Shown here piece by piece: positions 1 to 8,604 of a stretch of DNA of 56,622 nt. How positions within the stretch are numbered: the first letter of the stretch is position 1; the number at the start of each line of letters is the position of its first letter. Under the pieces are notes generated by a model that was given only the letters and a program-made list of their open reading frames with translations, was not told where the DNA came from and made no database searches. Source of the DNA: a virus; IMG/VR virus record IMGVR_UViG_3300031276_000001, positions 1 to 56,622 of that record, one strand, 5' to 3'. The translations under genes were made by a program, and so were the position numbers.

Positions 1-127
1 TTCTATATATTTAATTATACAATTAAGAAAATATTCTCTTGACTGTTTATATCTTAGAGGTGTTTTTATTGAGTAAAGCATATTTTTATGAGTAATCATA
101 ATTTGTTTAGCTTTATCATTTGGCTCT
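1..127. repeat. Left copy of a 127-bp terminal overlap identical to 56496-56622; it marks circular closure of a contig with 56,495 unique bp
   Basis: Bases 1-127 (ttctatatatttaattatac...tcatttggctct) recur exactly as the last 127 bases of the window. Confidence 0.95.
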
Positions 128-261
128 CTTTTAGTTGTCATCTTTTTTATTTCATCCATTACTTGAGCAATTCCAATTATTATCATGCCTGTTTTTACTC
201 TGTAATCATATTCATCATCTTTTTCCCATTTCATTCTAATTTCTTTATTTCTATTTACCAT
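1..261 (-). CDS. 5' part of a hypothetical ORF that crosses the contig junction (261->1 continues as 56495->56352; 134 aa in total)
   Basis: ATG at 261-259 follows AGGAGA (276-271). The frame is continuous through the overlap with track ORF 56352..56594 and adds 54 N-terminal codons (MVNRNKEIRMKWEKDDEYDY...). Confidence 0.6.
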   Translation of the reverse strand, partial: MVNRNKEIRMKWEKDDEYDYRVKTGMIIIGIAQVMDEIKKMTTKREPNDKAKQIMITHKNMLYSIKTPLRYKQSREYFLNCIIKYIE

Positions 262-284
262 TTTCTTAAATCTCCTTATTTTTT

Positions 285-1841
285 TTAAATTTCATTAGAA
301 TTTTTATTTTGATTTTCTTCAGAATTATTATTATTTGTATTCATTAAATTAATAATATCTGATGTTTTGTCAATTCCAGTTTCCTCTAAAATTCTTTTTG
401 TTTCAGCTTTTATTTTATTATATTCCCAATCTGGATGCTGCATTGTTACCTTTATTTCTGTGCTTATCGCTTTCGCTTGGTCAAGATTTCTTAATGTTTC
501 ACTTAATTCTTTCCCATCAACAATTATACTATCTTCAAGCTCAACATTAATGATTTGAGGTTCATAAAATATATTATTAACACTATTATCAAGTTGTTGC
601 ATTTGCATTAGTATATTTTTAATTGCCATTTGCCAATATCTGCTTTTCTTTTCCCTGGTCAAAAAGCTTTTCCTCTCTCTAATTCTTAAAGCTGTTCCAC
701 TTTCTGCCCTTCCTTCTGTATCAAGCCCAAAAGTAGAAGTAGAATAACCACACTGATTAATAATTTCTTTTAGAAATGTTTGACAATTTTTAAAATGCTC
801 TTCTGTTCTCATTTCAAACTGTACAACCTCAAAAGGTTTTATGCTTTCACCACCCATTCTTTGACCTGAATAATTAAGTTTTATAAAGCATTTTTGAAAT
901 GTTGAAAATTCGTTTAAATTAGTTTGATGTGTTCCATTCATCAAAGTTGTTTCCGTCCTCGTCAACATTTCTTCATCGATTAAAATTTGTCCCATTCCAA
1001 GTTCGATATCCCGAACCCATGAAGTCCAAGCTAAATCAAGACTATCCATTAATGGGATACATCCTGAAAAATCATTTATCCCCAATGAAGAACCTGGGCA
1101 CAATCTATTAGGCCGCATATTTGGTACATAAACCACACCAAGACCATCAACTTTATTATATACCTCATCTTTAAGATTCAAATTTTCAGTTTCTTCAATT
1201 GAATTTAAATCTACTTGTTTTCCTACTTTTTCATGAGTGCCTTTATATAATTTATATTCTATTATTAATGCAGTTCCATCAATATTTTTCTTTCTATTTT
1301 CAAATAATCTATATACTATATCACCTTGTTTTTCTTCCCTAACTTCTCTATAGAATAAACATTCCCACAATCTTCCTTTTAAAAATGTTGGAAATGCTTG
1401 CGATGGTGTTACTATACTTAATATTGGTAATTTCGATAATCTTATATCAATATTAAGCTTCAAAAAAACACCTGATAGTGCAGCCGATAATTCTGCACCC
1501 TCTAATAGCATATTATAAATTCCATTATCATCAAAAAATTGTATTAATCTTTCACCTGATTTATTATTTTTATCATAAGTAAATTTAGGAATTTCTGAAA
1601 ATAACAAATTGGATGACATCGCCGCAATATCTCCAGCAGCTGGAAGATGTACAGCGTTTGATCTCTCAGCTCTTTCAAGTCTTGACCAAAAAATATTATT
1701 CAATTCTTTTACTCTATAACTATAATAATTGCAAATCTCCTGAGTATCACCAGAATACCACGCACCATATTCATTATATTTATCCATCCAATAACTCCAA
1801 TTATCGGGTGGAAAATTAGAATTTTCTTTTAAAAATGCCAT
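285..1841 (-). CDS. Portal protein (SPP1 gp6-like)
   Basis: 518-aa ORF immediately downstream of the large terminase. Size, position and overall sequence resemble SPP1-type portals; recognised from memory, not searched. Confidence 0.7.
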   Translation of the reverse strand: MAFLKENSNFPPDNWSYWMDKYNEYGAWYSGDTQEICNYYSYRVKELNNIFWSRLERAERSNAVHLPAAGDIAAMSSNLLFSEIPKFTYDKNNKSGERLIQFFDDNGIYNMLLEGAELSAALSGVFLKLNIDIRLSKLPILSIVTPSQAFPTFLKGRLWECLFYREVREEKQGDIVYRLFENRKKNIDGTALIIEYKLYKGTHEKVGKQVDLNSIEETENLNLKDEVYNKVDGLGVVYVPNMRPNRLCPGSSLGINDFSGCIPLMDSLDLAWTSWVRDIELGMGQILIDEEMLTRTETTLMNGTHQTNLNEFSTFQKCFIKLNYSGQRMGGESIKPFEVVQFEMRTEEHFKNCQTFLKEIINQCGYSTSTFGLDTEGRAESGTALRIRERKSFLTREKKSRYWQMAIKNILMQMQQLDNSVNNIFYEPQIINVELEDSIIVDGKELSETLRNLDQAKAISTEIKVTMQHPDWEYNKIKAETKRILEETGIDKTSDIINLMNTNNNNSEENQNKNSNEI

Positions 1842-1922
1842 TTCTTCACTCCTTTTTTTAAATAATTATTAATACTATTTTATATCTAAAATCAATTAAA
1901 ATAAATATCAAATGATTTTATT

Positions 1923-3359
1923 TTAATATGTTCCTACATTTATTTTTGATAAATTTCTTTCTTCCTGTTTTTCTCTTTTTTTGATTTCTTCTTCTGTTAA
2001 ATATCCTAAAATTCGCCATCTCGATGCGGCCCATGCAATAAATGCATCCGGAAAATGATCGTCTTTTTTTTCAATTATTTCAAGATCAACATTTTTATAA
2101 TGGTACTTTTGCATAAACTTTTTAAATTCTTTGCTTTTTATGTTTACGATCTCAGTTTTTAAATAAAATCTTATTACATTTATTGCAATATCTTTCCAAA
2201 CACTAAAAGCAATTGGAATTACTGTTATCATCGCTCTCTTTTTTTTGATTACTTTTCTTAATGTCATTGTAGAATCTTTTGGATTTGAATCACAATAAAT
2301 AACTTTTATTTTTTTTTCAATACATATATCAATAATTTCTTTACACCTATCTGTTAATTCATAATATTCCCACGAAAAACTATTAGGTATATTTATAAAT
2401 TCTTTTTTATCTTGGATTATATGCATCACTGTGCAAGTATAACCCCAATCTATTCCAGCTTCATTAAATTCATATTCATTATCAAAAGTTATATCAAACC
2501 CTCTTCTCCAAGCTCTGTCAATCATCATGTAATCAAATATAGAATCACCAACTTTTGGTCTTTTACATTCATATTCAGCCTCAAACATTTCTTTTGTTGT
2601 TTGTCTTTTTTTTGTTTCAATTTCTTCTTTTGTCCACCACCCGTGAGGTTCAGCAACATCATAAACACACCAAGGAAATAATTTTGCACCGGTTTTTTCT
2701 CTTTCATCAATTATTTCACTCATTAATCCAAACGGATTATGCAAAGTTGATGAAATTATAATATTTTGTGGTATTCCATTCATTGGTGTTGGTTGTCCTA
2801 ACGCCGCTTCATATATTTTTCTTTCTAGCTCATCAACTTCATCTATTCTCAATTTTTGTTGATGACTACCCCTTACAGACTTTGTCGATGCTGCTAAGGC
2901 TTTAACCCATGAATTATTTATCAATTTATAACCTCTTCCAGCAACTTGATTTTTCCCTAGTAAATGTTTTGGTGCGTTATCTAATTCCCAAAAAGCCGTA
3001 AGATAAGATATAGATTTCTGTGCCTGGTCCAATGAACCTCCTAGAACATTTATTCCACATACTGGTTTAAATATTGATTCCATGAAAGATAATTGACTTA
3101 AGTCAAATGTTTTTCCACCACCTCTATTAGCATACCAAATAGCAAATGATGTTTCCTCTGCAAATGCTTCCCACATAGCATCTAATGGATATTCATTAAA
3201 TTCATAACCTTCCTGTTTTTTTATATCCCAGGGTATTTTATTCCCAAAAAATTCACTAATCCATAAGGCAAAATGCTCGAATGTTCGAGGTGCAAATGAA
3301 AACCAGTTTTCCCAGCCTTCAATATCTTTAACAAAAAAGTCATTCTTTTTTGTTTCCAT
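1923..3359 (-). CDS. terL: Terminase large subunit
   Basis: Walker A-like NRGGGKTF, Walker B-like KLRIDEVDE, and nuclease-domain AGIDWGYT. Lies between an HTH small-subunit candidate and the portal. Confidence 0.85.
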   Translation of the reverse strand: METKKNDFFVKDIEGWENWFSFAPRTFEHFALWISEFFGNKIPWDIKKQEGYEFNEYPLDAMWEAFAEETSFAIWYANRGGGKTFDLSQLSFMESIFKPVCGINVLGGSLDQAQKSISYLTAFWELDNAPKHLLGKNQVAGRGYKLINNSWVKALAASTKSVRGSHQQKLRIDEVDELERKIYEAALGQPTPMNGIPQNIIISSTLHNPFGLMSEIIDEREKTGAKLFPWCVYDVAEPHGWWTKEEIETKKRQTTKEMFEAEYECKRPKVGDSIFDYMMIDRAWRRGFDITFDNEYEFNEAGIDWGYTCTVMHIIQDKKEFINIPNSFSWEYYELTDRCKEIIDICIEKKIKVIYCDSNPKDSTMTLRKVIKKKRAMITVIPIAFSVWKDIAINVIRFYLKTEIVNIKSKEFKKFMQKYHYKNVDLEIIEKKDDHFPDAFIAWAASRWRILGYLTEEEIKKREKQEERNLSKINVGTY

Positions 3360-4035
3360 CTTTATTTTCCTTTATTTTTTTTATATTATACATTTCATTA
3401 AAAGCGGCTTGAAGTACTTCGTTTTTAAATTTAATTTTACTATTCGCTTCCTTAGCTTCTTTCATTGTTTCTTTTAATAATTCTTCTACATCTTTATCAA
3501 CTCTTTTAAATTGGTCACCTGCTAAATTACAAAGTGCAAAAATTAATAATGTTGGAACTGGTCTTGCAATTTTTTTTATTTTTTCCAGTTTTTGTTTTTC
3601 TTTATATTTTATTATTAAATTTCCATCTTCGTCTTTTTTGTTGGTAATAAAAGGTATCTTTTCCATTAATTTTTTTGTTTCTTCATATTCATAATAGCCT
3701 AATGCTTCTTGCCATAAACTTTTTTTTAAATTTGCAACTAATTTTTCTTTTGAGCTATTAAGAACGCCCGATAAGTCCAAGTTTTGACCAATATTTTTGA
3801 CATATACATTATACAAATATTTAGTAATTTTCAATTCTTTGATAATCCAATCGCAACTTTTACCATCGTTTGTAAATTCTTTAACTTTTTCCAATTCATA
3901 TTTATATTTTTGTAATGAACTATAAGCCAGTTTTAATTTTTCTGCAATTTGTCTTTCTGTTTTTCCTTCTTCTCTCCAACTTTTTATAAGTTCAAGATTT
4001 GGTAAAACATGTGTTTCATATTTACTTTTAGGCAT
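3340..4035 (-). CDS. Putative terminase small subunit (N-terminal HTH)
   Basis: 231 aa with an HTH-like segment (GKTERQIAEKLKLAYSSLQKY). Overlaps the terL start, the classical position for a small terminase. Confidence 0.5.
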   Translation of the reverse strand: MPKSKYETHVLPNLELIKSWREEGKTERQIAEKLKLAYSSLQKYKYELEKVKEFTNDGKSCDWIIKELKITKYLYNVYVKNIGQNLDLSGVLNSSKEKLVANLKKSLWQEALGYYEYEETKKLMEKIPFITNKKDEDGNLIIKYKEKQKLEKIKKIARPVPTLLIFALCNLAGDQFKRVDKDVEELLKETMKEAKEANSKIKFKNEVLQAAFNEMYNIKKIKENKDGNKKE

Positions 4036-5319
4036 CTAAATCACCAAACTTTTATAAGGAATTTTCTTATCCTTTTCAATTAAAAATATATTTTCTGCTT
4101 CTTTTCCAGACTCATCTAAAATATATTTCATATATCTTTTTATTATTATATCGCAATAACAAGGTTCTATTTCCATACTATAACATATTCGTCCTGATTG
4201 TTCAGCTGCTATTAATGAAGTTCCTGAGCCTACAAACGGGTCATAAATACATTGACCAATATTTGTATTAAGTTTAATTGGTTTTAGCATACATTCGATT
4301 GGTTTTTGTGTTCCATGTCCAAATGTTTCTTCTATATTAGTATTCCCAACGCTGCTATTATTTTTAATATCCCATACAGTTGAAATGTCTTTTGCTCCTT
4401 GCCAATTATGATTTTTACCTCTTTTAACAGCATACCAACAGCCTTCATGTGCCCACTTAAAATCACCCATTGAAAAAGAAAAATTTTGTTTTCTCCATAT
4501 AATTTGACTAACTATTTCAAATCCTGACTCAATTATATTATTTGCAAATATATGTGATAGCTTTCCAGGATGCCAAACATAAACAATATTACCTGGGAAC
4601 AATTTATATGCTTCTGTCCATTCTGCAGTATCATCATTTTTTACTTTTCCTCTTGATTTTATTTGTTTTCCTTTTCTTTCTTTTGCTTCCGGGTCATATT
4701 TTACACCATATGGTGGATCAGTAATCATTAATATTGGTTCTACCCCATTTAATAATCTTTTTATATTTTCTTCTTTTGTACAATCACCACATAATAAAAA
4801 ATGTTTTCCAATTTGATATAAATATCCTGGTTTAGTTATTACTTTTTTTAAATCATTTTTTTCTTTTACTGCATTAAAATTATCGCCTTTTGAAGATTGT
4901 CCTTTATTATCCTTATCAAATTCTTTCATCATATTTTCAAATTCACCTTCAGAAAATCCAGTTAAAATAAAATCAGTAAAATCATTTTCTTTTAATTCTT
5001 CTAAAATTTCCGTTAGCTTTTCAAATTCCCATTTACCAGAAATTTTATTTAAGGCAATATTAAGTGCCTTTTCTTTTTCTTTTGAAATATTTATTTTTAT
5101 AATATCAATTTCTTTATATTTAAGATCTTTAAGTACTTCAATCCTTTGATGTCCACCAATAATAGTATTATCTTTATTAACTATTATTGGGTCAATATAT
5201 CCAAATTCTTCAATACTTCTTTTTATATCTTGATATTCTTTATCTTTTGAAGTAAGCTTTTTTCTTGGATTATATTCAGCGTTTATTAATTTATTTATAT
5301 CAATTTTTTCAAATACCAT
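4036..5319 (-). CDS. ParB-like nuclease domain fused to an N6/N4 DNA methyltransferase
   Basis: N-terminal ParB-type motif (YNPRK...IIGGHQR), catalytic ITDPPYGV, C-terminal AdoMet motif FVGSGTSLIAAE. Preferred start is the ATG at 5319 behind GGAGGA (5330-5325); the track ORF starts at 5334. Confidence 0.85.
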   Translation of the reverse strand: MVFEKIDINKLINAEYNPRKKLTSKDKEYQDIKRSIEEFGYIDPIIVNKDNTIIGGHQRIEVLKDLKYKEIDIIKINISKEKEKALNIALNKISGKWEFEKLTEILEELKENDFTDFILTGFSEGEFENMMKEFDKDNKGQSSKGDNFNAVKEKNDLKKVITKPGYLYQIGKHFLLCGDCTKEENIKRLLNGVEPILMITDPPYGVKYDPEAKERKGKQIKSRGKVKNDDTAEWTEAYKLFPGNIVYVWHPGKLSHIFANNIIESGFEIVSQIIWRKQNFSFSMGDFKWAHEGCWYAVKRGKNHNWQGAKDISTVWDIKNNSSVGNTNIEETFGHGTQKPIECMLKPIKLNTNIGQCIYDPFVGSGTSLIAAEQSGRICYSMEIEPCYCDIIIKRYMKYILDESGKEAENIFLIEKDKKIPYKSLVI

Positions 5320-5337
5320 TTTTATCCTCCACACTAC

Positions 5338-5359
5338 AAAAAGGCGTTAAAGCCTTTTT
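5338..5359 (-). terminator. Hairpin terminator between the early block and the ParB-MTase/terminase block
   Basis: aaaaaggc-gttaaa-gccttttt: 8-bp stem with a T tract, directly after the stop at 5362. Confidence 0.5.
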
Positions 5360-5361
5360 GT

Positions 5362-5598
5362 TTATTCTTTAAAATTTTTTAAATATTTTTCTTTTGAAAT
5401 TTCATGCCAATTTAACGCATTTGCCTCATCAATTCCTACAATACTATAAATTTCTTTTGGATGTTCAGCAACCAAACCAATTCCATAACCAAAAGTCCAA
5501 ATAGGACCACCACAAATATAAATTTGTCCACCACCTGAATGTTCATAAAATTTACCAACTTCAAATTTCATCTTTATTTTTATCCTCATTTTCTTCAT
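5362..5598 (-). CDS. Hypothetical protein (78 aa; alternative start at 5571)
   Basis: Track ORF on the same strand as its neighbours; no motif recognised. Confidence 0.55.
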   Translation of the reverse strand: MKKMRIKIKMKFEVGKFYEHSGGGQIYICGGPIWTFGYGIGLVAEHPKEIYSIVGIDEANALNWHEISKEKYLKNFKE

Positions 5599-5731
5599 TA
5601 GAAATAATTATTTTAGATTTTGAAACGATTTTTCCATCTTCATAAATAGTTTGTTCTGCATTCATAATAGAATTTCCATCACAAATATTAACTTGCGCAT
5701 TATTATTGTTAATAATAATTTTATCATCCAT
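5561..5731 (-). CDS. Hypothetical small protein (56 aa, MDDKIIINNNNAQVNICDG...)
   Basis: Hand-translated ORF below the track cutoff. ATG at 5731 follows GGGTGA; its end overlaps the next gene. Confidence 0.4.
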   Translation of the reverse strand: MDDKIIINNNNAQVNICDGNSIMNAEQTIYEDGKIVSKSKIIISNEENEDKNKDEI

Positions 5732-5813
5732 TTTTATCACCCTTTTTATTTTTATTTATTTCATCAGCTTTACACTTATTTATTTTCCTAAATAAATAAT
5801 TTATGTCTTATAC

Positions 5814-5973
5814 TCATTTTTGTATTCCTAGTATTTTCAAACAATCATTACATAATGCAGCATTTCCACATCTTGAATGATAAGTTTTATTACATTGAAT
5901 ACATATTTTTAAATTGTTTTTTATTTCTGAATTGCAAACTTTACAAATTGGCTTTTTTTTTATTCTTATCCAT
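5814..5973 (-). pseudogene. Zinc-finger mini-protein ORF interrupted at an A9 homopolymer
   Basis: ATG 5973 with AGGAG gives MDKNKKK and then stops. The +1 frame after the A9 run (T9 on +, 5953-5961) reads KPICKVCNSEIKNNLKICIQCNKTYHSRCGNAALCNDCLKILGIQK, with four CxxC/HxxC pairs. Confidence 0.45.
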
Positions 5974-5991
5974 AAATTTAAAAACTCCTAA

Positions 5992-6384
5992 TCAATTTAT
6001 ATTCATATTTTTATAAACTTCATCAAATAATTCATATCCTTCACATTTATATCTATTTAAATCTTCTTCTAAGTCATTATAAGTATTAAAACCATCATGA
6101 TAATTATTATCATATATAATACATAAAACTCTAAACCTAATAAATTGTACCCCACTAATCCCACCGAACTCACCCTCATCTCTATCTTTAACAAGTAATA
6201 AAATTATTCTATTTCCTGAAAATGCATTAAATTTTAAAAGATTCTTTGTCATTTCATATAAAGACTGATTTAATAAATAATACTTTAATTTATCACTATA
6301 TGTATCTTTTCTTATTTCTTTATCAATTCCAAACGTTTCAATGCTTTTTATCCCCATTTTTAATATCCTTTCTTGAACTTGCAT
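5992..6384 (-). CDS. Hypothetical protein (130 aa)
   Basis: Track ORF on the same strand; no motif recognised. Confidence 0.6.
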   Translation of the reverse strand: MQVQERILKMGIKSIETFGIDKEIRKDTYSDKLKYYLLNQSLYEMTKNLLKFNAFSGNRIILLLVKDRDEGEFGGISGVQFIRFRVLCIIYDNNYHDGFNTYNDLEEDLNRYKCEGYELFDEVYKNMNIN

Positions 6385-6547
6385 TTAGAAAAGAAATATA
6401 TAATTCTTCAAGCTCATCTTTTCCATATACATCAATTAAAAAATCTTCAAGTTCTTTTTCATTTTTAAATTCAAATTTCTTTTTTAATTTAGTACCAAAA
6501 ATTTTTGTTAAAAATTTCTTAAAATCTATATTAAAACAAAATCCCAT
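6338..6547 (-). CDS. Hypothetical protein (69 aa)
   Basis: Track ORF, abuts 6549..6866. Confidence 0.5.
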   Translation of the reverse strand: MGFCFNIDFKKFLTKIFGTKLKKKFEFKNEKELEDFLIDVYGKDELEELYISFLNASSRKDIKNGDKKH

Positions 6548-6548
6548 A

Positions 6549-6866
6549 TTAAACCCTATTATTTATCCTTTCAATTTTTTTAAATAATTCAATGTTATTA
6601 CTACCTAATATCCCTTGAATATAATCAAGTTCATGTTTTTCAAGTTTTTCTTCAATTATTTCATATCCTCCATAATATCCACCTGTTGTCTTTATTTTAA
6701 ACCCTAATTTTTCAGCACATTTTTTGTATATTGATATTGATCGTGTTGTTTTTAAATCTAGTTCATCAGCTATTTCGTGTGCCTTCATTTTTCCATTTTT
6801 ACGTAATAAATTTATGAAATCAAAAACCCTTTTTGTATGGTCCCTTATTTTTTTATCATTTTGCAT
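6549..6866 (-). CDS. HTH DNA-binding regulator (DeoR/HTH_11-like)
   Basis: LRKNGKMKAHEIADELDLKTTRSISIYKK resembles a winged-HTH; followed by a GGYEI segment. Confidence 0.5.
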   Translation of the reverse strand: MQNDKKIRDHTKRVFDFINLLRKNGKMKAHEIADELDLKTTRSISIYKKCAEKLGFKIKTTGGYYGGYEIIEEKLEKHELDYIQGILGSNNIELFKKIERINNRV

Positions 6867-6912
6867 TCTTTAAATCTCCTTATATTAAAGCCTGGAATTC
6901 CAGGCTTTAATT

Positions 6913-7152
6913 TTATTTTTTAACATCTCTTATATTTGTATAAGTTCCCTTTTTTACAAGAACAGCAGCATTTTTTATTATCTTGTAATGTTTTACTTTC
7001 GCATATTCTGTACATTTATCATTTTGGCATTGATGATCTTCTACAGGAAATGTAATAAGATTTCTATTACTATCATATGTTCCATTTGTAGCTTCAATTT
7101 GACAAATAGCATACATTTGATGTTGGCAACTTTCACAAAGTAATTTTTTCAT
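6913..7152 (-). CDS. Cys-rich (zinc-binding?) small protein
   Basis: CESCQH...C...HQCQNDKC pattern; first gene downstream of the 1.1-kb non-coding region. Confidence 0.5.
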   Translation of the reverse strand: MKKLLCESCQHQMYAICQIEATNGTYDSNRNLITFPVEDHQCQNDKCTEYAKVKHYKIIKNAAVLVKKGTYTNIRDVKK

Positions 7153-7241
7153 ATTTTAAAAATCTCCTTTAATTTAAATTTTATTACACATATATTTTAC
7201 CATGTTGATAAATTAAAGTAAATAAGTGAATCCAAATAATA

Positions 7242-7277
7242 AAAGAAAGATTAAATTTTAAAATTTAATCTTTCTTT
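7242..7277. terminator. 36-bp perfect palindrome (aaagaaagattaaatttt/aaaatttaatctttcttt)
   Basis: The two halves are exact reverse complements. Sits in the non-coding region upstream of 7152. Confidence 0.4.
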
Positions 7278-7430
7278 GTTTGTAAGGTTTTAAATTATTT
7301 GTCTATTAAATTAAATTTAATAGGAGATTTAAAAAAATATGTTTACTGATATTTAATATTGGTTCAAAATATAAAATTATTCAGCTCTATTAATCTTGAT
7401 TATATCAAATATATATTATATTTACAATAA

Positions 7431-7465
7431 TTTTAAGACTTGCTAATTTGAAGCAAGTCTTAAAA
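7431..7465. terminator. Hairpin with a 13-bp stem (ttttaagacttgc / gcaagtcttaaaa)
   Basis: Perfect inverted repeat with a 9-nt loop and A/T tracts on both sides. Confidence 0.45.
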
Positions 7466-7685
7466 TTATTCAGGGACCTAAAAATACTTATTTTTTTAGA
7501 ATAATGTAATAATATATGTTTTAAAAATTATATCTATTTATCTTTACACTTGGGGAACATAAAGAATAATTTAGTATCATTATAGATAATATTTATAAAT
7601 ATGTCAATCAACTATTCATTTTAATCGACTTCCAGTTTATAAAATAAATGTAAACTAAATTAAACTATAGTACTTTTTAGTTTTC

Positions 7686-8203
7686 CACCCAAATTAAAAA
7701 ATTTACACCCAATTTTTAATTTTACACCCAAAAGTCACCCAGCTAAAACATATAATATTACTGAGATAGAATCATTTTGGGTGGAAAGGTGAATTTTTTT
7801 TTTCTATACTATATATATATTACGTATACACATATATAAAATTTTTTTTTATAATATAGTATTTTTATTTCCACCTTTCCACCCAATGTACTTATATGAT
7901 AGTAGTATTATAGGTTTCACTTGGGTGGCTATTTTTTTTTTTGATAAATTTAAACACCTAAAATTTATCACCCTAATGTTTTTTTACACCCAAATATAAG
8001 ACGTTCAAATATTTTATATGGAATGAATTTGTTTTTTATAAATTAAATGGATATTTTAGAAAAATTGGAAATTGCAATTAAAAAGAATCAAGAAATAATT
8101 TTAAATATATCCTTGATTCTTTTAACTGATTTTTTATTAAATAACTAGTTAATATATTGAGGCAGTCACAATATATTAACTAGTATAATATATAAATTGG
8201 GTG
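7686..8203. promoter_or_regulatory. Iteron array with an A+T-only unwinding element; putative origin of replication
   Basis: CACCCAA at 7686, 7706, 7725, 7880 and 7987, plus variants at 7736 and 7969. The inverse TTGGGTG occurs at 7777, 7921 and 8197. A 15-bp inverted repeat ttgggtggaaaggtg (7777-7791) / cacctttccacccaa (7872-7886) brackets an 80-bp pure A/T tract. Lies next to the primase-helicase gene. Confidence 0.6.
8144..8184 (-). terminator. Hairpin with a 16-bp stem downstream of ORF 8230..8604
   Basis: actagttaatatattg (8144-8159) pairs with caatatattaactagt (8169-8184); 9-nt loop. Confidence 0.45.
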
Positions 8204-8229
8204 AAAAAGTGAAGAAATTTTTAAAATAT

Positions 8230-8604
8230 TTATTCATAATAAAATAAATATTTTTTTACCTGATTCCATTCTTTGATTGAGCAAAAAAATTTATATTCGA
8301 TTTCATTATCTTTTTTCATATGCTTTATAATCCGAAAAAAATATTTTAAAAAATTATCATCTTTTAATTGTTCTATTAATTCATAATAATCATTCTCACC
8401 CAAAAGCGAACCATACTTTAAATATTTATTTATTTTCTTTTCAGGAAATAAAATCTCATATTTTTCTTTATAATCATTGCAGCGGAAAAATGAATATAAT
8501 CCAATACGATTATACTTTAATCGTTTATAAGTAAATTCATAGTTATTTTCAAAAATTATAATTTCTTTATTTATATGTAACATCATCGTGCCCATCGTAT
8601 CCAT
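8230..8604 (-). CDS. Hypothetical protein (124 aa)
   Basis: Track ORF that overlaps the end of the primase-helicase gene. Confidence 0.55.
   Translation of the reverse strand: MDTMGTMMLHINKEIIIFENNYEFTYKRLKYNRIGLYSFFRCNDYKEKYEILFPEKKINKYLKYGSLLGENDYYELIEQLKDDNFLKYFFRIIKHMKKDNEIEYKFFCSIKEWNQVKKYLFYYE

Noticed and set aside
1-127. 127-bp direct terminal repeat as a biological genome end (DTR phage)
   Set aside because: The repeat falls in the middle of an ORF that becomes complete only when the ends are joined, and its exact length looks like an assembler overlap. Circular closure or a permuted genome is the simpler reading. It remains testable by terminus analysis.
8049-8150. 33-codon plus-strand ORF (MDILEKLEIAIKKNQEIILNISLILLTDFLLNN) and a 5-codon ORF at 7339 with an AGGAGA RBS, both inside the origin-like region
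   Set aside because: The first has no RBS and overlaps hairpin structures. The second is too short to evaluate. They are most likely chance ORFs in A+T-rich non-coding DNA.
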